A stretch of 64,000 nt of DNA from Pelagomonas calceolata. Taxonomy: Eukaryota. Of this stretch, positions 21,497 through 31,800 are shown in pieces. The stretch spans positions 4,402,001-4,466,000 of the forward strand of contig CAKKNE010000002.1 of assembly GCA_918797485.1 (NCBI GenBank), read 5' to 3'. The position numbers were made by a program, and so were the translations under genes. Below the pieces are notes generated by a model. It ran no database searches. It had not been told where the DNA came from and saw only the letters and a program-made list of their open reading frames with translations. Each line of letters begins with the position of its first letter. Within the stretch, counting starts at the first letter, position 1.

Positions 21497-22545
21497 CTTG
21501 AATACATTACATCGCTATAGTTCCCGTTCGCGTGGCGGATGTCCGCGACCAGCACCTCGGACGCGCTCCAGAGCCGCACGCCGAGCTCCGCGTCGGCGGC
21601 CCGGTCCGAGGATACGTGGGGCCGCGCCACGGGCACGAGGTAGCTCCCCGGCTCTATTGTAGAATCGACGAGGGGGCGCAGCACGGTTAAGGCCGCCGTC
21701 GCCGCGTCCCAGTAGAACAGGCGCTCGAACGCCCTGACTACAAACCACGGCGCCGGGACGAACCTTAACAGGTTCCCGCGGACCGCGCCGGGGTGGACCG
21801 CGACCGCGTGGACGTCATACCGTCTATGTAATTCCCTCGAAAAGAGTATGTTGCAGAGCTTCGACCAGCCGTACCACCGCAACTTGTTGTACGTCTGACG
21901 GTCATTAAGCTTCTCGGCCGTCCAGAGCTCGTCTTGGGAACTGAACCGATGCGCCACCGAGCTGACGGCGACGACGCGCGCCCCTTCATTTAACAAAGGG
22001 AGCACTTCGTTCACCAAGACGAAGTGCCCGAGGTGGTTCGTCTGGAACTGCGCCTCGAGGCCATCCTCACTTATCGATAACGGAGGCATCATAATACCGG
22101 CGTTGAGCACGAGGAAGTCGATTCCTGATGGAGCCATCTCCTTCACGACGCGCGCCGCGCGGTAGACGCTCTTCAGCTCGAGGAGCTCCATCGCGACGCA
22201 CGTGCCCGATCCGACGGTTTTTGTCGTTTTGGCGCACTTGTCGAAGGTGCGGGCCGTGGTTATGACGGTACATCCTGCATCTGCGAGCCCTCGGGCCACG
22301 GCCAAACCTAACCCAGAGGAGGCTCCTGTGACGACGGCCGTTTTGTTCTGTAGTGAAGGCATGTGCGCGTAGGAGAACCCGTGCGCGTGTCGGATATGAA
22401 GCCACGGCGCCGAGCCCGTGAGGAAGGACTCGTCTCCCGCTAATTCCCAGACTACGACACCGATTGTTGTTGCCAAGCATGCGACGCAAAGGCTGAGGAG
22501 GTAGTGCGGTATGCGGCGCCGCAGCGCATTGTGCAGCGAGGTCAT
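21493..22545 (-). CDS. Short-chain dehydrogenase/reductase (retinol dehydrogenase/WWOX-like)
   Basis: TGASSGLG, NAGIM, QFQTNHLGHF, VSSVAH, YGWSKLCN, VHPG. Confidence 0.88.
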   Translation of the reverse strand: MTSLHNALRRRIPHYLLSLCVACLATTIGVVVWELAGDESFLTGSAPWLHIRHAHGFSYAHMPSLQNKTAVVTGASSGLGLAVARGLADAGCTVITTARTFDKCAKTTKTVGSGTCVAMELLELKSVYRAARVVKEMAPSGIDFLVLNAGIMMPPLSISEDGLEAQFQTNHLGHFVLVNEVLPLLNEGARVVAVSSVAHRFSSQDELWTAEKLNDRQTYNKLRWYGWSKLCNILFSRELHRRYDVHAVAVHPGAVRGNLLRFVPAPWFVVRAFERLFYWDAATAALTVLRPLVDSTIEPGSYLVPVARPHVSSDRAADAELGVRLWSASEVLVADIRHANGNYSDVMYSS

Positions 22546-22670
22546 TGCAAGTGCCGCAGCGATGGCGTGCTGTCAAGAATCGATGAGAAGCGGTCACAGA
22601 ACCAAGCAACCGTCACCTATAGCGGGTTGTAGCAACTATATGTAGAGATTTTGCCTCGGCTTGTCTGAAT

Positions 22671-22694
22671 GCTAGTGTGTTACATGACGCTAGC
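22671..22694 (+). promoter_or_regulatory. CTAG-bounded motif copy (GCTAGTGTGTTACATGACGCTAGC)
   Basis: Consensus match in a 230-bp divergent spacer. Confidence 0.75.
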
Positions 22695-22775
22695 TTGTGC
22701 TTGGGCAAAAATTAGCCGCCACCAGCAGCAAGCTGTGTCAAGACGTAGCATTCTTCCTGGCATCTCTGTGCACCA

Positions 22776-24005
22776 ATGCTCGCAGCCAGCAGAACCTTCG
22801 GGCGCGCCCTAGCTCGAAAAGCCAGCCACGCTGGCGGCACAGCGTCAGCCGCCGCGCAGCTCGCGCGACGGCGCCAGAGCACGCTGAGCGCGCGCGAGGC
22901 CGAAGCTTTGAAAGGGTTTCCCACCGTGGACGTCGGCGGTTTGTTCCCAGACGCCTCATCAGACCGACGCGACGCCGCGCACGCGGAGCTGCGAAAAGCA
23001 TTAATAGATGAAGACGCGCCGGGCTTCTTCTACGCGTTGAATGCACCAGAAACACTAAACGCGAAATATCTGGACTCGGTCTACGCCTTCGTGGAAGACG
23101 CCCACTCCCTACCTTTAAGAACGAAAGCACGGTTCGCCGATCCGGAACGAGGTTCTGGAGAATTGGGCGCGGCCTACAACGGCCCCGACGTGGGCTACTT
23201 GGAACCCAGCTATGATGGTGTCTCCGTGGCCGCGGCCTCGGCGTGGGACTACTCGCCCGAGGGTGCGAAGAAGGCTGGGGATAATTGGGACGCGGAGCTC
23301 CCCGCCTATTTTCGGGAGACGATGGAGGACCTGTACGAGCGCCAGAACGGCGTCGGCCGGGCCGTGTTGACGGGCATCGCCGAAGTGCTGGACTTGCCCC
23401 CACAAACCTTCTCTGATAGTTTTGATCGCGGCGACCTCGGCACGATCCGGTTGATATCGTATCCCGGCTTCGAGCCGCCCGTCCACACGTTCTCGGCGGC
23501 GAACGCGAACTCGGGCGACCACGCCTGGACCTATTCTGATGAAGACGACGACGACGACGACGTGTGCCGGGCGGATGTGGGGATTGCGCCGCACACGGAC
23601 TTCGAGGCCTTTACCTTGATGCACCAGGACGCGCCCGGTTTGCAGTTGCTGTCGAGGACGGAGCTCGAGAAAGGAAAAGATGGGAAGTGGATCGACGCGC
23701 CGGTCGTCGACGCCTTCATCGTCATCGTGGGCGACATTTTGGAGCGGTACACGAACGGCGTGTTGCGCGCGACGCCGCACCGCGTCGTGCGGCGGTCGTC
23801 GTCGCGGAGGTCGATCATCCGGTTCAACGCCGTCGCGCCCGACGCCGTCGTCGCGCCCCTGCCCAAGTTCGGCACGCCAAAGTACTCGCCCGTCACCATG
23901 GACGAGCACATGGCGACGACGCTCGGCAACTTGAGGAAGGGCGTGCCGTCCTGGGACGCGGCGACGAACACGAGCCGGTCGGCGACGTACGACTACGCGT
24001 CGTAA
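22776..24005 (+). CDS. IPNS/DIOX-type 2OG-Fe(II) oxygenase with a mitochondrial-presequence-like N-terminus
   Basis: PTVDV, GFFY, HTDFEAFT, GLQL, GDILERYTNG..ATPHRV, RRS. Confidence 0.85.
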   Translation: MLAASRTFGRALARKASHAGGTASAAAQLARRRQSTLSAREAEALKGFPTVDVGGLFPDASSDRRDAAHAELRKALIDEDAPGFFYALNAPETLNAKYLDSVYAFVEDAHSLPLRTKARFADPERGSGELGAAYNGPDVGYLEPSYDGVSVAAASAWDYSPEGAKKAGDNWDAELPAYFRETMEDLYERQNGVGRAVLTGIAEVLDLPPQTFSDSFDRGDLGTIRLISYPGFEPPVHTFSAANANSGDHAWTYSDEDDDDDDVCRADVGIAPHTDFEAFTLMHQDAPGLQLLSRTELEKGKDGKWIDAPVVDAFIVIVGDILERYTNGVLRATPHRVVRRSSSRRSIIRFNAVAPDAVVAPLPKFGTPKYSPVTMDEHMATTLGNLRKGVPSWDAATNTSRSATYDYAS

Positions 24006-24058
24006 GTGCTGTTGTTACTATCTCGCTTCCGAGTCCTCCCTCACCACATCAAACAAGA

Positions 24059-25323
24059 TTAGTCCCGCCCAAACAAATCGGGCTCCGCCGGCTCGAGCGG
24101 CGCATAGCACGTAGGCGGCGGGATCGCTGCGCCGCGCGGCGCCGACCGGCAGGCCTCCGCGGCGCGCCGCGACGAGTCCTCGCGCAGCGCGACGAGGCCG
24201 TCGACGTCGAGCAGCATGCCCGCGAGCGACTCGGATCCGAGCGCGTCGCTCAACGCCCTCCGCACGCGACCCACGTCGACGCCCCCGTACCCGACGCCGC
24301 GGATCGACAAGTTCGCCGTGAGGCCGCCGCCGCGGCGCCCGGCCGTCCTCTCCAGAAAACCCCGGAGCAAGCCGACGTCGGGATCCGGCCGTCCGAGGTA
24401 CGTCGCGAGCAGCAGCGAGGTTCGAAACGACCCAAGCCCGCCCGTGAACGGCGCCGCCTGTGTGGAATCAACCAGTGAGTGGGGTTACATCGAGCCGACG
24501 CGGTCACGGCGACAATGTCGCGTCGATGGCCTGGAAACTCCACGCCATCGCGCAGACGCAGCTACGGAGACAATATCATGAAGATGGCGCGGGGCGCCCG
24601 AAATTCGATTTCCACGCAGGGCGCCGCGAGGTCGCGGTCGCGCAGCAACGCCTTCAGGAAGACCATGAGGTCGCCGTGATCGGCGTGCGCCGGCGCGGCG
24701 GCGACTGGAGGCCCGCCGTCGTCGGCGAAGCTCACGTCGCACGAGACGCGCGTCGCGCGGTCCTGCAGCACGACGATGGGTACGCGCGCCCGCGGCCGGC
24801 TCTCGACGCGCCCAAATAACGCGGACCGCTCCCGCAGCGCCTCGGCGAGCTCCTCGACGGCGTAGCTCGGGCTCAAAAACGTCATGGCCTCGTTCGGCGC
24901 GACGCGCAGGTCGAGGTCGCTGAGAAACCACGTGCTCTCCGTGTCGCTGCTGCCGTAGACGCTGCAGGTCGCGCGGGGCCAGACGGCGCGCGCGGCGTCC
25001 TCGACGCGCTTGACGACGAGGCGCCGCGCGCGCCGCTCGTCGTGCGTCGGCCGCGCCCACGCGGCGAAACGCCGGACCTCGGCGTCGAGGCTCGCGGGCC
25101 GCCCGTCCGCGAGCCACGGCGGCGGCGGCGGCTTGCGACCGCCCTCCTCGTCTGCGCGCTCCCTCCGCGACCGGCGGCGGCGGCCGCGGTCCCGCGAGCG
25201 CGAGCGAGAGCGCGAGCGTTCACCCAGCGCCGGTGCCGCGACCGCAGCCGGCTCTTCGCCGGCCCACGCGTCGTCAGCCGACTGCTTCTTGCGTTTTTTG
25301 CCAAATTTCGCTGCGTAAGCCAT
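24059..25323 (-). CDS. Trf4/PAPD5-like non-canonical poly(A) polymerase; join(25323..24628,24457..24059)
   Basis: YGSS......SDLDL, ARVPIV, CDVSF; splicing restores DLAAPFTGGLGSF. Confidence 0.8.
24450..24627 (-). mobile_element. Introner element forming a 170-bp GC-AG intron (24627-24458)
   Basis: Perfect 8-bp TSD GGCGCCGC (24450-57 and 24620-27); TIRs CTGTGTGGAATCAA and TTCGATTTCCACGCAG. Confidence 0.85.
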
Positions 25324-25496
25324 CCGTGCGGATCGATGCGATGGGCTGGGTGCAGGGCGCACACTTGCTCAACGCCGCTGCAGCCCAATGATTGGTGGGA
25401 TCAATGCGCTACGCACAATGCAATGTCAAGGGGCTGCAAAATGCAAATTTGTGCACGCGAATCGAACTTCCAAAAGACGAAGCAGGGGCGCTGCAT

Positions 25497-25520
25497 CTAG
25501 CGTTTAATAAACACACTAGC
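25497..25520 (-). promoter_or_regulatory. CTAG-bounded motif variant (GCTAGTGTGTTTATTAAACGCTAG)
   Basis: Both arms conserved; divergent spacer. Confidence 0.62.
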
Positions 25521-25677
25521 ATTATATATTCACTGGAAAGCTTAAGCTTAGGGCTGCCACCGCATATAGAAAGCGAGTTGGGACCGCTTCGCACGCACAT
25601 CGCTGCCCCACCGACGCCACCGCTCGGCCCCGAGGTGCCGCAGGTCGTGGGCTGCCCATCAAACACCACTACTGACA

Positions 25678-26202
25678 ATGGCCACAGACGACGCCGAGCC
25701 CCTCTACACCATGCGGCTCCTGCCCAAGCCCCCGTCCCTCGCGCCCTTCGACGCGGGCCGCGACCTCGTCGAGCTTGATACAATGGCGCTGCCTTCAAGG
25801 CCCCGCGACGACGTCGTGCCGGACGAGGCGCAACAGCTCGAGGAGCTCCATAGATTAAGACGGAAGTTCGACGACGGCCTCGCGTTGTGCTTGAATTTAC
25901 ATGGAGAGCGGACGAAGCTGGAGCATGAGTTAAAGGAGAAGAAAAAAGTATATGCCGAGGCCGAGCAACGACGACGCGCCGACGAGAATGGAGACGACGG
26001 CGTCGCGGCCTTCGAGAAGGCCTTTGATGAATCACAATCCCGGCAGGGCCTGACGATCGTCCAGAAGGTCGTGGTGGTCGTGGCGGCGTTTTTGCTGGGC
26101 TTCGTGGCCGACCGGATTCCCGACCTCGTCTACGACTTTTTGGATGCGGACCCGGATGCCGACGGCGCGGGGCCGCGCGTCGAGGCGGACTTCTACGACT
26201 GA
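25678..26202 (+). CDS. Coiled-coil protein with a C-terminal transmembrane helix
   Basis: 174-aa ORF; VVVVVAAFLLGFV hydrophobic segment. Confidence 0.6.
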   Translation: MATDDAEPLYTMRLLPKPPSLAPFDAGRDLVELDTMALPSRPRDDVVPDEAQQLEELHRLRRKFDDGLALCLNLHGERTKLEHELKEKKKVYAEAEQRRRADENGDDGVAAFEKAFDESQSRQGLTIVQKVVVVVAAFLLGFVADRIPDLVYDFLDADPDADGAGPRVEADFYD

Positions 26203-26391
26203 GGGGGCGCGGCGACGGCGTCCGGGTTGCCCACGCGCTCGCGGTGCCGACGATCAGCCGCGACCCGCGCCGCTGTAGTAAGATCACATGTGTTAACACT
26301 AACCTCCAGGAGACGCCTCAGCTCACAAGACGCCGCCGGCGCGACAGGTCACTCATCGCCCGATCCCCACGCAGACGCCAAGTGCTGCAGA

Positions 26392-27585
26392 CTACTGCGA
26401 CGCGATGCGTGTCGAGCGCCGCGGCGACGCCGCCCGTTTCGGCGACTTGGCCCGCTTCGGCGACGCGGCGCGCTTCGGCGACCTGGCGCGAGGCTTCCGC
26501 GGCGACGCCACAGACGCCGTTGCATCCTCCTCCTCCGAATACGACACAAACTGAGAGAACTCGCCCCGACATAAACCGACGAAGGCCGCCGCCCCTAAAC
26601 AACTTGGCACCAAATAAAGCAGAGCCGGCTGCGCCGCGTCGAAGCGGAACATGACGTACAGCGTCACCGCGAGCCCCAACGAGTAGGCTAATAACGTAAA
26701 ACGGAAGAACGGCCTCCCGCGGCGCTTCTGGGCCACGTCGAAGCGCAACAATAACGCGAGGAAGAGGCCCGGGACGACGACGTCGCCCAGACCGAGCATC
26801 GAGAAGTTTTTTTCCGCGTCGTCGAAGGACCGCCGGAACAACAACTTGACAGGTCCGTCGATACCCTTGGCCACCGTGACCATGACGTCGGTGCCAAAGA
26901 CCCACGTGATGTCGTAGACGAAGAGTAGAGCGAGGAGTAAAGCTGCCGTTTTTGTGGAGCCGATGCTTATGGATTCGATGCCGCCAATACATAAAGATAC
27001 CGCAATGAGGTTGTTGAGGAGCCAGTGCTTTGTACAAGCGTAGGCGACCATGAGGATGATCGTCACGCCCCAGCAGACTTGCTGGAGCGTGTTGACTCGG
27101 AGATCGACGGTGGCCTGCTCAGCTATCGATGCAATTACTCGCGGGAGCGTGACGACGCGGCCCCTCCTCTTCCGCGACCGCGCGGCCTTCTTGAAAAATC
27201 TAGATGCCTCGGCCTCCAACAATTGCTCGACCGCCACCAGACCGATGCCCAGGAAGTAGGCCAGTAAAATGTAGTTCAGCACCTTCTTGCCGAGCAGTTT
27301 GATGAGGCCATACATGCCGCACAGCGCCAAGGAACCGTACAACGGGAACTGCCAGGCCTCCGTCGCGCTCAGCGTGACCGTCTCCTGCGGCGCGGCGCTC
27401 TTGCCTTTCGCCGCCTTGGCCTTGGCGCCGGGCAGCAATTTCAGGCCCTTGCGGCAGCCCAGATAAACAATAGCCGTCGCCGTGACCACGACATTCACGG
27501 CGAGCGGCGGGATCGTGAGCAGTGAGGAGGCGTGCAAGGCCAGCAGTGCAAAGGCGGCGAGGTTGGCTGGAGTGGGCTTGGGCAT
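26392..27585 (-). CDS. SPP: Signal peptide peptidase (GxGD intramembrane aspartyl protease, HM13/SPP)
   Basis: LFVYDITWVFGT, MLGLGDVVVPG, QPALLYLVP. Confidence 0.92.
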   Translation of the reverse strand: MPKPTPANLAAFALLALHASSLLTIPPLAVNVVVTATAIVYLGCRKGLKLLPGAKAKAAKGKSAAPQETVTLSATEAWQFPLYGSLALCGMYGLIKLLGKKVLNYILLAYFLGIGLVAVEQLLEAEASRFFKKAARSRKRRGRVVTLPRVIASIAEQATVDLRVNTLQQVCWGVTIILMVAYACTKHWLLNNLIAVSLCIGGIESISIGSTKTAALLLALLFVYDITWVFGTDVMVTVAKGIDGPVKLLFRRSFDDAEKNFSMLGLGDVVVPGLFLALLLRFDVAQKRRGRPFFRFTLLAYSLGLAVTLYVMFRFDAAQPALLYLVPSCLGAAAFVGLCRGEFSQFVSYSEEEDATASVASPRKPRARSPKRAASPKRAKSPKRAASPRRSTRIASQ

Positions 27586-27750
27586 CCTTGCGAGGTGCTG
27601 TTGCAGCGCGGCGGCTGGCGTGCGCTCTGGTGGCGGCGCGGTGCAGCGAGGGCGTGCCGCGCGCTGCGAGATGCAGTTCTAGCAGCGCTGCGCGGTGCTG
27701 GGTGCAGCAATGCACTAAAACTGAGGGCTGCGGAGTTTGCTCGGCCTCTT

Positions 27751-27773
27751 CCTAGTGTGTTACATGCCGCTAG
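27751..27773 (+). promoter_or_regulatory. CTAG-bounded motif copy (CCTAGTGTGTTACATGCCGCTAG)
   Basis: Consensus match in a divergent spacer. Confidence 0.75.
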
Positions 27774-27914
27774 ATAACACAGGTCCGCGCCTATTTTCAA
27801 ACTCGCGCATTGCAACGTGCTGGCGCGTTGATAGCCCATAGAAGATCACATTTCCTATTTGCAGCCGTGTGCTGAGCTCGCGAGATCGCGCGGAGCCCAT
27901 ACAGTACCGCAACC

Positions 27915-28706
27915 ATGCGCCTCACACTCATCCTCTGCAGCAGCCTCACGGCCGCGCGCGCCTTCTTCGGCCCACCCCGGCCGCCGCGCAACCCACGCCT
28001 CTCGAGCAGCTACGGAGACGACGGCGACGAGGGCCTGGGCCTCAACAGTGCGGCGAGCACGGCCATCACGCTCGCCGTCGGCGCCACCATGCCGTCGCTC
28101 GCGCGGCGCGCGTTGCGGCGCAAGGCTCCGGCACCGGCCGTCGCGGGAGCACCGTCGGACCCCAACAGCTTCGCGGGCACCTGGAAGCTCGCGCGGAGCG
28201 AGAACATGGACGCGTACCTCAAGTCGCTGAACGTGTCCGCGGCGCACCGGCGCCTCGCGGCCGGCGCGTCCGTGACGCACGAGATCGAGCAGACGGGCCG
28301 CGACTGTGTTGATGTGTGCGTCGTGACGCGCTTGGGCAAGTCGCGCGAGCAGCAGAAAGTCGGGGCGACGCGGACCGGCAAGGACCAGTACAAGCGCCCA
28401 ATCACCAAACGGACGACCTGGGAATCGGGCAACAAATTGAAGACGACGACGGAGTCCGAGGTCGGGACCGTGACGGACGTGCGCGAGCGCGTCGGCGACG
28501 GCATGGTGATCACTTTGACATCTCCCGACAACGTCGTCGCGCGGCGCTACTTTGAGAGGGTCGGCGGCGGGCCCGTCGTCGCGGCCTCGGCTTCGCCGGC
28601 CAAGGCGCTTGTTCCAGTGCCGATCGTCTGCGGCGTGGCGACGGGCTTCGTGGCGGGGCGGCTGACGGCGCGCGGGAGGGGGCGGTTGGCGCCAGCTAGA
28701 TCCTAG
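27915..28706 (+). CDS. Fatty-acid-binding protein/lipocalin-fold protein with a bipartite signal-like N-terminus
   Basis: FAGTWKLARSENMDAYLKSLNV and VARRYFER match the FABP signature regions. Confidence 0.7.
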   Translation: MRLTLILCSSLTAARAFFGPPRPPRNPRLSSSYGDDGDEGLGLNSAASTAITLAVGATMPSLARRALRRKAPAPAVAGAPSDPNSFAGTWKLARSENMDAYLKSLNVSAAHRRLAAGASVTHEIEQTGRDCVDVCVVTRLGKSREQQKVGATRTGKDQYKRPITKRTTWESGNKLKTTTESEVGTVTDVRERVGDGMVITLTSPDNVVARRYFERVGGGPVVAASASPAKALVPVPIVCGVATGFVAGRLTARGRGRLAPARS

Positions 28707-28825
28707 CACCGTAACAGATATCATTCGAATTCTTACACGTACGCCAGGGGCGGCCTTTGTGTTCCACGCCATCGACGCGGCATTTTCTTCAGCGATGGCG
28801 TACACGGGGCGCGACAGCAAGATCA

Positions 28826-31800
28826 TCACCAGACCCCCGCCCCATCCGAGACCCCCTTCTCCGCACTCTTCTTGAGCTGCACCGCCTCCGCAAACACATG
28901 TTTCTTGTCGACGGCGTGGGTCACGGCCTTGAACTCGTCCAACGCGAGGACGTGCTCGCAGTCGCCCCGGGATATATGGCACTTCTTCTTGATCCACTTC
29001 TGCTTCTGCTCTTCTGTCAACAGTGTATTCAATCGGACATGGTCCAATTTCGTCTCGAAGTCGCCGCCGCACGTCACCGAGAAACAAGCGAGCATGTGCG
29101 GCAGAACCAAAGCCAATTTCTCCGCCAACGTTAGTTCAGTGTCCGGCGTCAGCATGCGTCTTAATTCATTGATGGCGTGGACCGCGTCGGCGCCATTGGT
29201 AGCTCTAAAATGCAAAACCTCGTAGAATTCACACAGTTCATTGACGCCAATCTCCCGTAGGTGGCCGAAGAGCGGCACTTCCACCTCGACGTGGACGAAG
29301 CGACACAGCGCCTCCAGGAAGTTGATATAGGTCAGTTCCTTGTACCCCGCGTCGCACGTGTCCACGAAGAACGTTCTCCCGAAGGCGAAGGACCGACGCG
29401 CGGCGACCCTCGCATCACTATTATGACAGAGCATGCACTTCGTGAGGAACTCCGCGAAGACATTCGGCGAAAATTTGGCCCGTCCCGCGTGACGGTACTG
29501 GTTACCATACGCCCTCCAGATACCCTTCAAAATTTTATCGTACTTCCACAATTGTATATCTACTTCTTCGTTATACAAAGATTCTCTCCTGAACGTGTCC
29601 GGGCACTCGTGGAGTTCATACGGTAGTTTTGATAAGTGTTCATCCCTAAATCGTTCAACTGATTCTAGGATGTGATCTTCTCGACTATGCGAATCGGGCG
29701 GCTCGTGATCTAGGTCATACTTCGCCTCGACCACTCGTAGGTTGGCGTCCAGAAATTCATATCTACACAGGTGCTCGTCGTCGTTCACGGCACGCATTTC
29801 CTTCGAAACACCAATCTCTACTTTGCACTGTCGAAACACAATTTGCGCGTGCTCCGGCGTGAAGTGCGTTGGTGATTGTTCATCATCATCAAAACAATCA
29901 GTCGCACGTAAGTAAGCGATCCAGTCCGTCATGTTGAGGTCGAAGGCGTTATTTGATGCTAGGTCGACGGCCGCGTAGTGCTTCAGGATCGGCAGTAATG
30001 CGCCATACAAGACTTCCGCGCCGTGTTTGATAGCTTCAATAACCGATGCGGGTGCTTCCTTCGCGTCCCTCATAGAATAACCAGCCAATCTTTTGGCGAA
30101 GTTCGGGAACCTTGGCATCTGCGTGAGATACGTCCAATCTTTAGCGAAGCCGCGATGCAGCACTTTCGGCGTATCATAAAAGTCCCTGGCGTCGGACTCG
30201 AGCTTGCGCGGCGCCCAGATCGACGCCTCGAGCGTCCAGGTCGACTCCGGCTCAGGGGCTACTTCTTCTTCTACTGGTATGACGGGTCGCTTCGTGCAGA
30301 ACAGACAGAGGGGGCAGGGTGCTAAGCGGCCCCAGGAACCGGGAGGTGCTTGCTCTAACTCAGACATGTAGTGTCGCGTCACGGACGGTGCATGGGGCGG
30401 AAATGGAGCTCTGATCAAAATACAAGAAGGTGGCTTCTCCATAAAGACCATGGCAAACTCGTTTTCATGATCGTCGGGCACCCAGCCCGGCGGTGGCGTG
30501 CCGTCCCGCCATTGGCCCGGGTGGAGCACCTCGCACGCGACGCGCGTCGACCGAAATAAGTGGTAGGCCGTGTATTCCGTCTCGTCGTCGTCCTTATCAT
30601 CAAGCGTAGCCTTGAACTTTCCGATAGCCTTCGCGAAGGACAAATTACGCAGCGCCTTCGACGCCGCGGACACCTCGGGCCCGTCTAAGTCGTCCTCGGG
30701 AACGTCGTCGACCTCGTCATCTCTTTTGCGAGGTAGGAAGAAGGTCGGGCAGTCGCCGACGTAAAGCTTGGCACCGACACAGCTCTTGAAGCAGCACAAC
30801 TGCGTCTCGCCGTCATTTCCCGTAGCTAACCCCGGCGGGAACCGGAAGGTGTTTCTCGCGCCGCCCGGAGCTAGCACACACCTTTTCCCGAGCTTCGGCG
30901 CCGCGGCGCCTCTGGCAACGACGGGATTCCACGGGCTGACGCCGCCCTTGTCGTGCGCAGGACCGACCCTAAAGGAACCCATCCTTGGAGCCTCCCGCAA
31001 CAGCGGCGTCTCGAACTGAACCCCGCCCCGCGAAAGGAGCGGCGCCGTCCTCGGCCGTTGCACCGCATCCTTCAGCATCTTTCTTATCGTTTTATCGCCC
31101 TTGGGCTGGGTCCAGAGGGAGTTGGGCATCGCTGAGAGTTGTCTCTTGGCCTCGAGCCTCCTTGCGTTTGCGGCAGCTAAGTCGATCGGGTTTGACACTA
31201 CATCAGTACTTCGGACGGTGCAGACCGAGTCCTCGAACAATCTTTGGACATTGTCGTACTTCGTCAGTTTATTTCTTAAAGATGAAGTAATCGACGACTG
31301 CGAGGGCTTGTTCAATTTGGCCAGTTTTTTCCGCCCGCAGTTCCCGAAGTCGACCCGCAGCTTCCGCAAGTGGATCTGGTAGCAAACTCGCGCGTCTCTT
31401 GACAAGTTCGCGAGTAGCGACACGGCGTAGGTCCTCAACTCCGAAGGTTCGTCGGACGCGTCGAGCGTCGGCTCGAGCGCGTGCTTGGCCACGGGCCAGC
31501 ACGCGTCCTTTGCGACGGACAGATTTAACAAAGCGTGCAGGGCGGCCTTGCGGACGTCGTGGGTGTGCTCGGTACTTAACAACGCGGCTATTCTCTTCGA
31601 CCCTTGCTTCGCTAACCGAACACCTAGTCTTCGGTCTCTTGCTGCTAGTAGTTGTACCGAAAATAATGCTGTTTCCTGGATTAGGGCGTTGTTGCCCGGT
31701 TCGAGGCACCTCAAGACCTCGGTCACGACATCTGAACCGTTCTGTTCCAGTTCCCTCGCACCGACAGCGGTCTCGCAGCACAGTCGTAGTAAAACGCGGC

